Source: an uncultured Actinomycetes bacterium (GTDB lineage Bacteria; Actinomycetota; UBA4738; HRBIN12). From it: 64,000 nt of DNA. The position numbers and the translations under genes are program-made. Under the pieces are notes generated by a model that worked only from the letters and a program-made list of their open reading frames with translations, did no database searches and was not told where the DNA came from. The DNA is taken from NCBI GenBank assembly GCA_963704885.1, contig CAVPIB010000007.1, forward strand, positions 96,001 to 160,000, in the 5' to 3' direction. Every line of letters begins with the position of its first letter. The stretch's first letter is position 1. Shown one piece after another: positions 1 through 9,758 of the stretch.

Positions 1-2471
1 GGGCGACTGCCCGAACTGCCTGATCACGGTCGACGGCGTGCCGGCCACCCGGTCGTGCCAGACGCCATGTCGCGACGGCCATGACGATCGAACGCGAGCA
101 CGGGTGGCCCTCGACCGAGCGAGACCTGCTGCACATCACGGACTACGCTCCACCGTTTGATGCCGGTCGGCTTCTACTACAAGACGTTCATCAGGCCTCG
201 GTTCGCGTGGGAGGTGGCCGAGAGGGTGATCCGCCGAGCCACCGGACTGGGCAAGCTCCCGGTCGTCGAGCGGTGCCTCGCGGATCGTCGTCCGACACGA
301 GCGGACGGATGTGCTGGTCGTGGGCGCCGGGGCGGCAGGACTCCAGGCCGCGCTGGATGCGGCCGGTGGGGGCCGGCGCGTGATCATCTGCGACGAGTCG
401 ACCATCGGCGCGGCGATCGCGCCTGGAGCGGCGCTCGACCGGGTACGCGCACTGGAGGCCGAGGTCCGCGCCAGGTCGGAGATCACCGTGCTCGAGGGCC
501 ACGCCGCCATCGGGATCTACGAAGGGCTCGAGGTGCCGCTCGTATCCGAGGGCGAGTTCGTGCGCGTGCATCCCGAACGCGTCGTGGTCGCCACCGGCGC
601 GGCGGAGATCCACCCGATCTTCCCGGGCAACGACCTCCCCGGCGTGTGGCTCGGCCGCGGCGCCGCGCGCATGGCGGGCGTCCACGGGGTTCCCCCGGGC
701 GAGGTGGCCGTCGTCGTGGCCGGAACCGATGAAGCCCTCGCGCACGTGGAGACGCTGCGGGCCGCCGGGGTCCGCATCGCCGCGGTCGCGGTTCCGGCAG
801 GCGCTCGCGGACCGCGTGCCCGCGGGGGTGGGCGAGATCGTCGTCGACGGTGTGGTGCACGAGGCGCGGGGTCGGAAGTCACTGGTCTCCGTGGTGCTCC
901 GCCGCGGGACGGACGCGAAGCGGTTCGACTGCGACGTGCTGGTGCTCTCGCTCGGGCTCGCCCCCCGCGATGGGCTCGCGCGGATGGCGCTCCCGGGCGA
1001 GGCCGTCGAGCTGGTCGGCGACGCCGCCGGTCCCGACGCCACTCCCGCGACCGGGCGTGCCGGCACCGTCTGCCTCTGCGAGGACGTGTCGGTGCACGAC
1101 CTGCGTCAGGCCTTCGACGAGGGCTACCGCAACGTGGAGATCCTGAAGCGTTACACGACGGCAACGATGGGGCCTTGTCAGGGCGCTATGTGCGGCCGGG
1201 CGCTCGCGTACTTCTCCCGGGAGCGGAGCGGGGAAGGTGGGTTGCCCGACGGAGGGCCGCGCTTGAGCGCCCAGCGGACCACCGCCACGCCCTCCGGCGC
1301 GCCCGGTCACGCTCGAGACCCTGGCCGCGGGAGTGCACGAGCTCTTCGACAAGCGAACGTCGTTGCACGAGCTGCACGTCGCCGCCGGCGCCCGCCTCGA
1401 TCGCTCCGGAGGCTGGCTCCGTCCGCTCGGGTACCGAGACTGGCGCGACGAGTACCGGGCCGTACGCGAGCGCGTGAGCCTGATGGACGTCGGAACGCTC
1501 GGCAAGTTCGCGATAGCCGGGTCCGATGCGGCGCTGCTCGTCGACCGCATGTTCCCGTGCCGCACCCAGGACCTCATGCCCGGCGGCACGCGGTACGTGC
1601 TGAGCCTGGACGAGGCCGGGTACGTGATGGACGACGGCCTGCTGTGCGCCATCGGCGACGGCATCGTTCTACCTGACTTCAACCTCGGGTGGAGCGGGCC
1701 GTATGGACGCCGGAATCCGCGACCTCGCCGACCGCATGACGCTCGACGTTCACGTGCTCGACCGGACCGCGCAGTGGGGCGCGATCAACGTGGCGGGCCC
1801 CCACGCACGGGAACTGCTCGAGGGACTCACCGATGACCCCGTCGACGCGGGGTCGCTGCCCTACCCGGGTCATGCGGCCATCGTCGTCGCCGGCGTCCCG
1901 TGTCGGGCGATCCGCACCGGCTTCGTCGGTGAGCTCGCGTTCGAGCTCCACCATCCGCGCTCGCGAGGGCCCGAGCTGTGGGGCGCGCTGATGGAGGTCG
2001 GCGCCGACTGGGATGTGCTGCCTCACGGCCTCGACGCCCTCGAGCTGCTCCGGCTGGAGAAGGGGCACGTGTACCTCGGCCAGGACACCATGCCCGACGA
2101 CACGCCCGCGAAGCTCGGCATGGCGTGGGCCGTCGCGATGGACAAGGAGTGGTTCATCGGCAAGCGAGCGCTCGAGCGGTTGGCCGAGCTCCCCATGGGC
2201 CGGAGGCTCGTCGGATTCGAGTTCGACGGGGCACCGACCGACGTGGCGGAGCTCCGAGGGGCGCCGCTCCTGGTGGGCGGCGCGATGGTCGGCCGGGTGA
2301 CGTCGGCGGAACGCTCGATCGTGCTCGACCGCGCGATCGGGCTCGGCTGGTTGCGCGCTCAGAGACGGTGTCTTCCCGTCGGAGCTCGACGTCGCGGGGC
2401 ACCGCGGAGCACGAGCGCGTGTCGTGTCCACGCCGTTCTACGATCCCACCGGAGCGCGTGTCCGTGGCTGA
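1..2471 (+). CDS. soxA: Sarcosine oxidase alpha-subunit-like protein (2Fe-2S, FAD/NAD-binding, BFD-like and GcvT folate domains); 5'-partial and multiply frameshifted
   Basis: Stitching frames gives GDCPNCLITVDG..RSC (from nt 2), MPVGFYYKTF, VVGAGAAGL, CLCEDV..GPCQGAMC, DVGTLGKF, RTGFVGELAFELH, LRLEKGH and a final YDPTGARVRG* (TGA 2469-2471). At least 7 frame changes are needed. Confidence 0.8.
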
Positions 2472-2883
2472 GCTCCGGCGCGGCCTCACCCACGGTCGTC
2501 GCGGTGCTCGCATCCGAGGCGGCCTGTGACCGCGTCGTCGCACCTTCGGGCGCGACCCTGTGCCGCGTGGCTCCGCGCGAGGTGCTCCTGATCGGCGACC
2601 TCGCGGTCGGGGACGTTCGCGTCCAGGAGGACTTCGCGATCGTGGAGGACGTCACCGACGGTTGGACCGCGTTCGAGCTCGTCCGGGGAGGACATCGCCG
2701 AGGTCTTCGCGCGCCTGTCCGAGCTCGCCGCTCCCCGAGGCGGGCTTCGCCCAGGGCGAGGTCGCGCGGATCGGCGCGAAGATCCTCGTCGAGCCCGGCC
2801 GCCTCACGATCCTGGTGCCGGCGATGCTCGGTGCGTTCATGGAGGAGCGCATCCGCGTGGACTGCGCGGAGGTGCTCGCGTGA
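2464..2883 (+). CDS. Sarcosine oxidase gamma-subunit-like protein, frameshifted
   Basis: GTG 2464 overlaps the alpha stop. Pieces CRVAPREVLLIG..VEDVTDGWTAFEL and FAQGEVARIGAK lie in different frames. The stop overlaps the soxB start (GTGA). Confidence 0.6.
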
Positions 2884-4091
2884 CCGGGCTGTTGCGTCGC
2901 CGCGAGTTCCTGAGCCGTCGCGAGTTGAAGCCACGGTACGACGTCGTGATCGTCGGCGGCGGCGTCAACGGCCTCTCTCTCGCGTTCCACCTGGCCGAGT
3001 ACCACGGGATCCGCGACGTCGCGGTGCTCGAGCGCAACTACATCGGCAGCGGGGGCAGCGGTCGCAACACCCAGGTCGTGAGGGCCACCTACAACACGAC
3101 CGAGACCGTGCCGCTGTATGCGACCAGCCTGGGGATGTACCGGACGCTCTCGCAGGAGCTCGACTACAACATCCTGTTCAGCACCCAGGGGAACCTCGAC
3201 CTCTGCCACTCGACGGACACCCTTCAGGTCGAGCGGGAGAAGGTCGCGATCCACCGCCAGTACGGCGTCCAGACCGAGATGCTCACGCCGGAGCAGGTGC
3301 TCGAGGTCTGCCCGCTCGTCGACCTCACCGCGGGCGGCGAGCTGCCGGTGATCGGCGCCTCCCATCATCCGCCCGGCGCCTTCGCGCGCCACGACTCGGT
3401 CGTCTGGGGCTATGCGGCCGCCGCCAACCGGCGCGGGGTGCATATCCACGAGGGCGTCGAGGTGATCGGCATCGACGTGGCCGACGGGGTGTGCACCGGT
3501 GTCAGGACCACGGCGGGATCGGTCTCCGCCGGGCGCGTGGTCTCGGCGGTGGCCGGGCATTCGTCGGAGCTGGCGCGGATGGCGGGCGTCCGACTCCCCA
3601 TCGAGACGATGGCGCTCCAGGCGTTCGTGACCGAGGCTTACAAGCCGGTGCTGTGGGGCCTGGTCTCGTCGATGGACCTGTACGTCTACACCCAGCAGAC
3701 CGCCCGCGGCGAGCTGGTGGTGGGCGGCGAGACCCTCCCGTACAACACGTACTCGACGCGCTCGACGTTCGACTTCGCGGCCGAGACGGCCAAGCGCACG
3801 ATCCAGCTTCTGCCTTTCATGGCGAAAGCGCGACTGATGCGGCAGTGGACCGGCCTGTGCGACATGACGCCCGATTCATCACCGCTGCTGGGGGAGTCGG
3901 AGGTGGGGAACTTCTTCCTGATGTCGGGGATGGGTACCTGGGGGTTCAAGGGCGCCCCTGTCTTCGGAAGGACGATCGCCGAGCTGCTGGCGACCGGAAG
4001 GGTCGACCCGTTGATCGCACCGTTCGCGCCCGACCGCTTCCGCAACGACCGGATGGTCCCCGACGCCGCGAGCGCCGGGACGCATCGCTAG
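2880..4091 (+). CDS. soxB: Sarcosine oxidase beta-subunit-like FAD-dependent oxidoreductase
   Basis: YDVVIVGGGVNG, GSGGSGRNT, RHDSVVWGYA, DMTPDSSP, GMGTWGFK; intact 403-aa ORF. Confidence 0.85.
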   Translation: MTGLLRRREFLSRRELKPRYDVVIVGGGVNGLSLAFHLAEYHGIRDVAVLERNYIGSGGSGRNTQVVRATYNTTETVPLYATSLGMYRTLSQELDYNILFSTQGNLDLCHSTDTLQVEREKVAIHRQYGVQTEMLTPEQVLEVCPLVDLTAGGELPVIGASHHPPGAFARHDSVVWGYAAAANRRGVHIHEGVEVIGIDVADGVCTGVRTTAGSVSAGRVVSAVAGHSSELARMAGVRLPIETMALQAFVTEAYKPVLWGLVSSMDLYVYTQQTARGELVVGGETLPYNTYSTRSTFDFAAETAKRTIQLLPFMAKARLMRQWTGLCDMTPDSSPLLGESEVGNFFLMSGMGTWGFKGAPVFGRTIAELLATGRVDPLIAPFAPDRFRNDRMVPDAASAGTHR

Positions 4092-4117
4092 TCTGGCTGC
4101 GAGCAGCCGATCCGCGC

Positions 4118-4147
4118 TTGACAGCCTCCGACGAGCGAGCCTACGGT
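4118..4147 (+). promoter_or_regulatory. Housekeeping-sigma promoter for the IclR gene
   Basis: TTGACA (4118-4123), 18-nt spacer, TACGGT (4142-4147). Confidence 0.55.
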
Positions 4148-4182
4148 CCGCGAGCGCTGCGCTGAGCGGAGAGGGTTGCGGT

Positions 4183-4971
4183 ATGCGAAACACCGAGGGT
4201 GCCAATCTCCAGTCCGTCGACCGGGCGATCCGGGCCCTCGAGTTGATCGCGGAGGCCGGGTCGCTCGGCGTCACCGAGCTGGGACGCCGTCTGGACGTCC
4301 ATAAGGCGACGGCCTCGCGGCTCGTGTCCACGCTCGCCGCGCGGGGTCTGGTCGAACGCGATCCGGTCACCGAGAGATACGGGTTGGGGTTCGGCTTGAT
4401 CCGACTGGCCGGCGCCGCTATGGCCGGCCTGGACCTGGTGCGGGCATCGCACCCCGTCCTGGAGGACCTCGCCGAGCGCACCCGCGAAACGGTGAACCTG
4501 GGCGTGCTCTCCGGCGACGCCGTGGTGTACGTCGATCAGGTCTCGGGGACCCGGGCGATCGTGAGCGTCAGCTGGGTTGGACGGCGCACGCCACTGCACT
4601 GCACGTCCAACGGGAAGGTGCTGTTGGCTCACCTGCCACCGGCGGAGCGCGACAGGTTGCTCGCACTGCCGTTGGAGCGGGCGACGCCGGCAACCATCGT
4701 TGATCCCGACGTCTTGAACTCGCAGCTACAGGAGATCAAGGTCCGCGGCTACGCGCAAACGCTGGAGGAGCTGGAGGAAGGGCTGAACGCGGTCGCGGCG
4801 CCGGTACGGCAGGCCGACGGGGAGGTCGTTTCGGCACTCTCGGTCTCGGGACCGGCGTTCCGCATGCGTCCGCTCGACCTGCCGCGCATCGCGCGACTGA
4901 CGGTGCAGGCGGCCGGTGTGGTGTCGCGAAGGCTTGGGTACGTGGATCGTGGACGGAGCGCCGCGGGGTGA
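4183..4971 (+). CDS. IclR-family transcriptional regulator
   Basis: QSVDRAIRALE..LGVTELGRRLDVHKATASRLVSTL HTH; PLHCTSNGKVLLA; AVAAPV..ALSVSGP. Confidence 0.93.
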   Translation: MRNTEGANLQSVDRAIRALELIAEAGSLGVTELGRRLDVHKATASRLVSTLAARGLVERDPVTERYGLGFGLIRLAGAAMAGLDLVRASHPVLEDLAERTRETVNLGVLSGDAVVYVDQVSGTRAIVSVSWVGRRTPLHCTSNGKVLLAHLPPAERDRLLALPLERATPATIVDPDVLNSQLQEIKVRGYAQTLEELEEGLNAVAAPVRQADGEVVSALSVSGPAFRMRPLDLPRIARLTVQAAGVVSRRLGYVDRGRSAAG

Positions 4972-5003
4972 TGGTCACCGCGCGACGAAGGAGGGGCTGA
5001 GGG

Positions 5004-6044
5004 ATGTCGATCGAGTGGGATGCTCATCGCCGCCGGGTCTCGACGCTGCTCGACGCCATCGGCCGGACGCCGCTCGTGGATCTGACCCGCGTCGCGCCGC
5101 CGGGTCTCGAGCTGCTCGCGAAGGTCGAGTGGTACGGCCCCACGGGTTCGGTGAAGGACCGCATCTACGCGCACATGCTGACCCGAGCCGAGGAGCGCGG
5201 GGAGCTGCGACCGGGCATGACGATCATCGAATGCACCACCGGCAACGCCGGTATCGCGTGCAGCGCCGTCGCCGCGATCAAGGGCTACCCATGCGTCATC
5301 GTGATGCCGGAAGGCATGAGCCAGGAGCGCAAGCGGATGATCGCGGCCTACGGCGCGGAGTTGATCCTCACCCCCGGCGCCGGCACGGACATCGACCTCG
5401 CGCTTGCGAAGATGCGGGAGATCGTGGCGTCGGATCCGTCGGCCTACTTCTTCCCGGGTGAGTTCGAGAATCCCGACAACCCCCAGGCGCAGCTCGCGTC
5501 CGGCGAGGAGATCTGGGAGCAGGCCGAGGGCCGTATCGACGCCGTGGTCGGCTCCCAGGGGACCGGCGGATGGATCACCGGCGTGACGCGGGCGCTGAAG
5601 GGGCACGACGCGCAGGTGCGCTCGTTCGCGGTGGAACCTTCGGAGTGCCCGTTGATCTCGGAGCGGCGGTGGGGGACCCACGGCGTCCCGGGCATCGGGG
5701 ACGGCATCATCCCGTCCAACCTGGACCTCGGCGTGCTGGATGGCGTCGTGACGGCCTCGACCTCCGAGGCGCTCGACATGGCGGGCCGGCTTGCCCGCGA
5801 GGAGGGATTGCTTTGCGGGCCGTCTTCGGGCATCAACGTGGTGGCCGCACTCAAGGTCCACGCGAGGCACCCGGAGCTCGCGCGGATAGTGACGCTCATC
5901 GCCGACACGGGGCAGCGCTATCTATCGGGGGAGCTGTTCGGGGACCGACCCGACGTGGAGGAACCTGAGCGTCCCCACGTGATCGACGCTCGAACCCTCG
6001 AGCAGCTCGACGCGAACCGCGACAGACTGGAGTTCATCGCCTGA
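5004..6044 (+). CDS. PLP-dependent cysteine synthase/CBS-family protein
   Basis: IGRTPLV, PTGSVKDR (PLP Lys), TTGNAG, GTGG, EEGLLCGPSSG. Confidence 0.85.
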   Translation: MSIEWDAHRRRVSTLLDAIGRTPLVDLTRVAPPGLELLAKVEWYGPTGSVKDRIYAHMLTRAEERGELRPGMTIIECTTGNAGIACSAVAAIKGYPCVIVMPEGMSQERKRMIAAYGAELILTPGAGTDIDLALAKMREIVASDPSAYFFPGEFENPDNPQAQLASGEEIWEQAEGRIDAVVGSQGTGGWITGVTRALKGHDAQVRSFAVEPSECPLISERRWGTHGVPGIGDGIIPSNLDLGVLDGVVTASTSEALDMAGRLAREEGLLCGPSSGINVVAALKVHARHPELARIVTLIADTGQRYLSGELFGDRPDVEEPERPHVIDARTLEQLDANRDRLEFIA

Positions 6045-6098
6045 GGTCCCGCTGAGGAGATTGAACCGTCGTTCAGTTCTCGCGATATGCTGCTCGCC

Positions 6099-7277
6099 GT
6101 GAGCACCTATCGCATGGGCGATGAGGACCGGGAGATCCAACAGCGTGCTCGGCGCTTCGCGGACGAGGAGTTGATCCCCTGGGAGCTCCACGCCGAGGAG
6201 CACGAGGGCCAGATCGCCGTCGAGATCGCCCAGCGCCATCACGACCTGGCGATCGAGCTCGGGCTGTTCGCCATGAACATGCCGGTCGAGCTCGGGGGGA
6301 CCGGCATGACCATGCTCCAACAGGTTCTCGTGTCCGAGCAGCTCGGCCGGGTCACCAACGCCCTCGGGTGGTGCGTGCACACGCCGCCCGCGTGGGCGCC
6401 GGCGGTGTGCACGCCTCACCAGATCGAGACCTGGATCCGCCCGACCGTGGCGGGTGATATCCACGAGTGCTACGCGATAACCGAGGCGGGGGCCGGCTCG
6501 GACGTGGACTCCATCGCCGCCACCGCACGGCGCGACGGCGACGACTACGTACTGCGTGGCGAGAAGATGCACGTGACCTCGTTCAACAAGGCCGCGTACT
6601 GCTTCTTCCAGGCCAAGGTCGTCGGCGGATCGAACGAGGGCGCGCACGCCATGTTCTTCGTGGACAAGAGCACCCCCGGCGTTCGCCTGATCCGTGAACC
6701 GAAGTACACGCACACGTATCCCGATTCACACGCGGTGGTGGCCTTCGAGGATGTGCGCGTGCCGGCGGCGAACCTCGTCGGAGACGAGGGTGACGGCATG
6801 GCCTTCACCTACGAGTGGTTCCGCTACGAGCGATTGATGATCGCCGCGCGCTGCTGCGGCGCCATGGAACGACTCATCGATGAGGCGACGGCGTTCGCGA
6901 AGGAGCGGGTTCAGTTCGGGCGGCCGATCATCCAGAACCAGGCGATCGGTCACATGCTCGCCGACTCGTTGACCGACTTGTGGGCGTCGCGGCTGATGAC
7001 CTACGAGCTGGCGCGCGGCATAGACAGTGGCCTGGACGTGAAGATCCAGCACGCGCGGTGCTCCATGGCCAAGCTGTTCGCCTCCGAGGCCGCGAACCGT
7101 GTTGCCGACCGGGCCGTGCAGATCTTCGGGGGGCGCGGCTACATGCGAGAGAACGTGGCCGAGCGCTTCTGGCGCGAGCTGCGCGTGGATCGGATCTGGG
7201 AGGGGACGTCCGAGATCCAGCGCTCGATCGTGGCCGATCAGCTCGCGAAGCGCGGGGCGCGAGGTCTGATCGGATAG
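6099..7277 (+). CDS. Acyl-CoA dehydrogenase family protein (start GTG 6099 or ATG 6087)
   Basis: YAITEAGAGSD, LRGEKMHVTS, RVQFGRPI, QIFGGRGYM, RIWEGTSEIQR. Confidence 0.92.
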   Translation: MSTYRMGDEDREIQQRARRFADEELIPWELHAEEHEGQIAVEIAQRHHDLAIELGLFAMNMPVELGGTGMTMLQQVLVSEQLGRVTNALGWCVHTPPAWAPAVCTPHQIETWIRPTVAGDIHECYAITEAGAGSDVDSIAATARRDGDDYVLRGEKMHVTSFNKAAYCFFQAKVVGGSNEGAHAMFFVDKSTPGVRLIREPKYTHTYPDSHAVVAFEDVRVPAANLVGDEGDGMAFTYEWFRYERLMIAARCCGAMERLIDEATAFAKERVQFGRPIIQNQAIGHMLADSLTDLWASRLMTYELARGIDSGLDVKIQHARCSMAKLFASEAANRVADRAVQIFGGRGYMRENVAERFWRELRVDRIWEGTSEIQRSIVADQLAKRGARGLIG

Positions 7278-7590
7278 GACTAGGCGCGAACGCCTGTAAC
7301 GCAACGTTCACTGGCCGTTCAGCCCGATCCGATCCGACCTGGTACGGTTGGCCCGACGGTTCCACGGAGATAGCGGTCGAAACGCGCGACTTTCGCGCGG
7401 CGTCGCCCATGCGGAACGAGGCTCGCGGGACTCCTGTGGGAAGCGGGTCGGCCGGGGACGCGAGGCTTCGCGTCGCAGGCGAACCGCCGGACCAGGACCG
7501 GATGGGCTGTCGTACCGGGGTCGGTTGGCTATCCGACCGTTCACGTGTGTGTGCGACCGTGGGCCTGAGGGAAGGACGAGGAGCCAGATC

Positions 7591-8709
7591 GTGGACCCGC
7601 TCGACATCTGCTTCGTCGGCACCTATCCGCCCACGCACTGCGGCCTGGCAACGTTCGGCGCTTCGCTGCGTGAGGCGATGGCCGCTCCGCGGAGCGGCGT
7701 CATCCGCGTGTTGGAGGAGCCCGACCCACCCCGCCAACCCGAGGTGACCGTGGAGTGGTTCATGGGGGATCGCGCCTCACGCAACGAGGCCCTCGCGGCT
7801 TTGCGCGCGTACGACGTGGCGATCGTCCAGCACGAATACGGGATCTACGGCGGTGCCGACGGCGAGGAGATCGTGGGATTCCTCCGCGCCTCCCCCATCC
7901 CGACGATCGTGGTGATGCACACCGTGCTGACGGATCCGATGCCGCACCAACGGCTGGTGCTGGAGGAGGTCATGGAGGCCGCCGACCTGCTGGTCACCAC
8001 CACCGACGCGGCGCGCCGCCGCTTGATCGCCGTTCACGGCATCGAGCAGGATCAGGTCGCCGTCGTGGCGCACGGGGCTCCTCCGAACATCGAGGGCGAG
8101 CGCGCCATCCAACGCTCGGAGCCCGTCGTCCTCACCTGGGGTCTGATCGGGCCAGGCAAGGGGCTGGAGTTCGGCATCGGAGCCATGCGGCATCTCGACG
8201 ATCTGCGTCCTGCCCCCGTATACGTGATCGCGGGCCAGACCCACCCCAAGGTCCTTACGCGCGAGGGAGAACGCTATCGCGAAGGTTTGCGCGAACTGGC
8301 GGCCGACGAGGGCGTGAGCGATCGGGTCGTCTTCGAGGATCGGTACCTGGACAAGGCTTCGCTCCGCTCGTTGATCCGCAGCGCCGACGTGGTGCTGCTG
8401 CCCTACGATTCCCGCGAACAGATCAGCTCCGGCGTGCTCGTGGAGGCGGTCGCCGCGGGTAAGCCGGTAGTGGCCACGGCCTTCCCTCATGCGATCGAGC
8501 AGCTCTCGAGCGCCTGCGGGATAGTGGTGCCCCACGAGGATCCCGGGGCCATCGCCCGTGCGCTCAGGCGGCTCCTGACCGATGAGGCGCTGGCCGGCTC
8601 GATGCGCGGCCAAGCGGAGCGTGAGTCAGAACTGTTGGCCTGGCCGGCGGTCGGTCGCGAGTACTTGCGGCTGGCCCACCGCGTCCTCGCTGGGCGAGAG
8701 GCGGCATGA
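7591..8709 (+). CDS. GT4 (GT-B) glycosyltransferase
   Basis: GTYPPTHCGLATF, QHEYGIYGG, WGLIGPGKGLE, GQTHP, SSGVL..GKPVVATAFPHA; RBS GAGGAG before GTG 7591. Confidence 0.88.
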   Translation: MDPLDICFVGTYPPTHCGLATFGASLREAMAAPRSGVIRVLEEPDPPRQPEVTVEWFMGDRASRNEALAALRAYDVAIVQHEYGIYGGADGEEIVGFLRASPIPTIVVMHTVLTDPMPHQRLVLEEVMEAADLLVTTTDAARRRLIAVHGIEQDQVAVVAHGAPPNIEGERAIQRSEPVVLTWGLIGPGKGLEFGIGAMRHLDDLRPAPVYVIAGQTHPKVLTREGERYREGLRELAADEGVSDRVVFEDRYLDKASLRSLIRSADVVLLPYDSREQISSGVLVEAVAAGKPVVATAFPHAIEQLSSACGIVVPHEDPGAIARALRRLLTDEALAGSMRGQAERESELLAWPAVGREYLRLAHRVLAGREAA

Positions 8710-9758
8710 CGACACCGGAGCCCTCGCTCCGGCACCTGATGCGCATGCTGGACGACACGGGGTTGTTCGAGCATGCGATAGGGGCACTGCCTCGACGCTC
8801 GCACGGGTACTGCACCGACGACGCCGGGCGCGCGCTCGCCGTGGCCGTTCGCTCCGGCGACGATGGGGACGCCATGCTGCTCGCGGAGCGCTGTTTAGCG
8901 TTCCTCGCCCATGCGCACGAAGGAGAGGGTCGGTTCCGCCTCCGTATGTCGTTCGATCGGCGTTGGACCGCCGATCCGGCGTCCGACGACGCGTGCGGCC
9001 GCGCGATCTTCGGCATCGGGGTCGCGGCCGCTGCCGCGCCCTGGGCCCACGTGCGCCGGGAAGCTGGGCGCCTCTTCCGGGAGGCGGCAGCGTTCCGTTC
9101 GACGTTCGTGCGCGCTACGGCGCCCGCGGTCATCGGCGCAGCCGAACTCCTTAGGACCGAACCGGGCGACGCTGCTGCGACATCCTTGATCGACGATGCG
9201 CTCGGGCGATTCCCGCGTCCGTCCGCGGACGAGCGGTGGCCGTGGCCCGAGGAGCGACTGGCTTACGCGAACGCCGTCCTTCCCGAGGCCATGATCGCGG
9301 GTGGCGCCGCGGTCGGTGACATGGCCACGATCGACGATGGCCTGCGGTTGCTGGGCTGGCTGGTCGAGGCCGAGCGCCTGGGTGATCACTTCAGTTTCAC
9401 GCCCACCGCCGGCCGGGGCCCCGACGACCCCCGCCCCGGGTTCGACCAGCAGCCGATCGAGGCGGGCGCCCTGGCCGACGCGTGTGGCCGCGCGTTCGGC
9501 GTTACAAGTGACCCAGTCTGGATCGAACCGGTAGTGCTGGCCGCAGGGTGGTTCCAAGGCCGCAACGACGTCGGCGTTCCGATGTTCGATCCGGACACCG
9601 GCGGCGGGTTCGACGGACTCCATCGCGACAGGGTGAATCAGAACCAAGGAGCCGAGTCGACGATCGAGTTGATCACGACGCTGCAGCAAGCTAAGAGGGT
9701 CGACGCGGTGGTCGCGAGGACGTCTCAGCCGGACTCGGCGAGCGCGTCCAGCAGCTGA
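8706..9758 (+). CDS. GT4-associated (alpha/alpha)-barrel glycoside-active protein
   Basis: DDTGLFEHA, GYCTDDAGRAL, WPWPEERLAYANA, FDQQPIE, GGFDGL..NQNQGAEST; ATGA overlap with the GT4 gene. Confidence 0.75.
   Translation: MTTPEPSLRHLMRMLDDTGLFEHAIGALPRRSHGYCTDDAGRALAVAVRSGDDGDAMLLAERCLAFLAHAHEGEGRFRLRMSFDRRWTADPASDDACGRAIFGIGVAAAAAPWAHVRREAGRLFREAAAFRSTFVRATAPAVIGAAELLRTEPGDAAATSLIDDALGRFPRPSADERWPWPEERLAYANAVLPEAMIAGGAAVGDMATIDDGLRLLGWLVEAERLGDHFSFTPTAGRGPDDPRPGFDQQPIEAGALADACGRAFGVTSDPVWIEPVVLAAGWFQGRNDVGVPMFDPDTGGGFDGLHRDRVNQNQGAESTIELITTLQQAKRVDAVVARTSQPDSASASSS

Noticed and set aside
4088-4095. CTAGTCTG half-site at the soxB stop as a third palindrome copy
   Set aside because: The second arm is absent and a single 8-mer can occur by chance
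1703-4165. 820-aa ORF as an alpha-gamma-beta fusion
   Set aside because: An artefact of frameshifts plus a stop-poor GC-rich shadow frame; the real beta subunit is in another frame
6063-6074. GAAC-N4-GTTC as a LexA (SOS) box
   Set aside because: The flanks do not match the actinobacterial TCGAAC-N4-GTTCGA, the gene is metabolic, and the site resembles the operators beside the TetR gene
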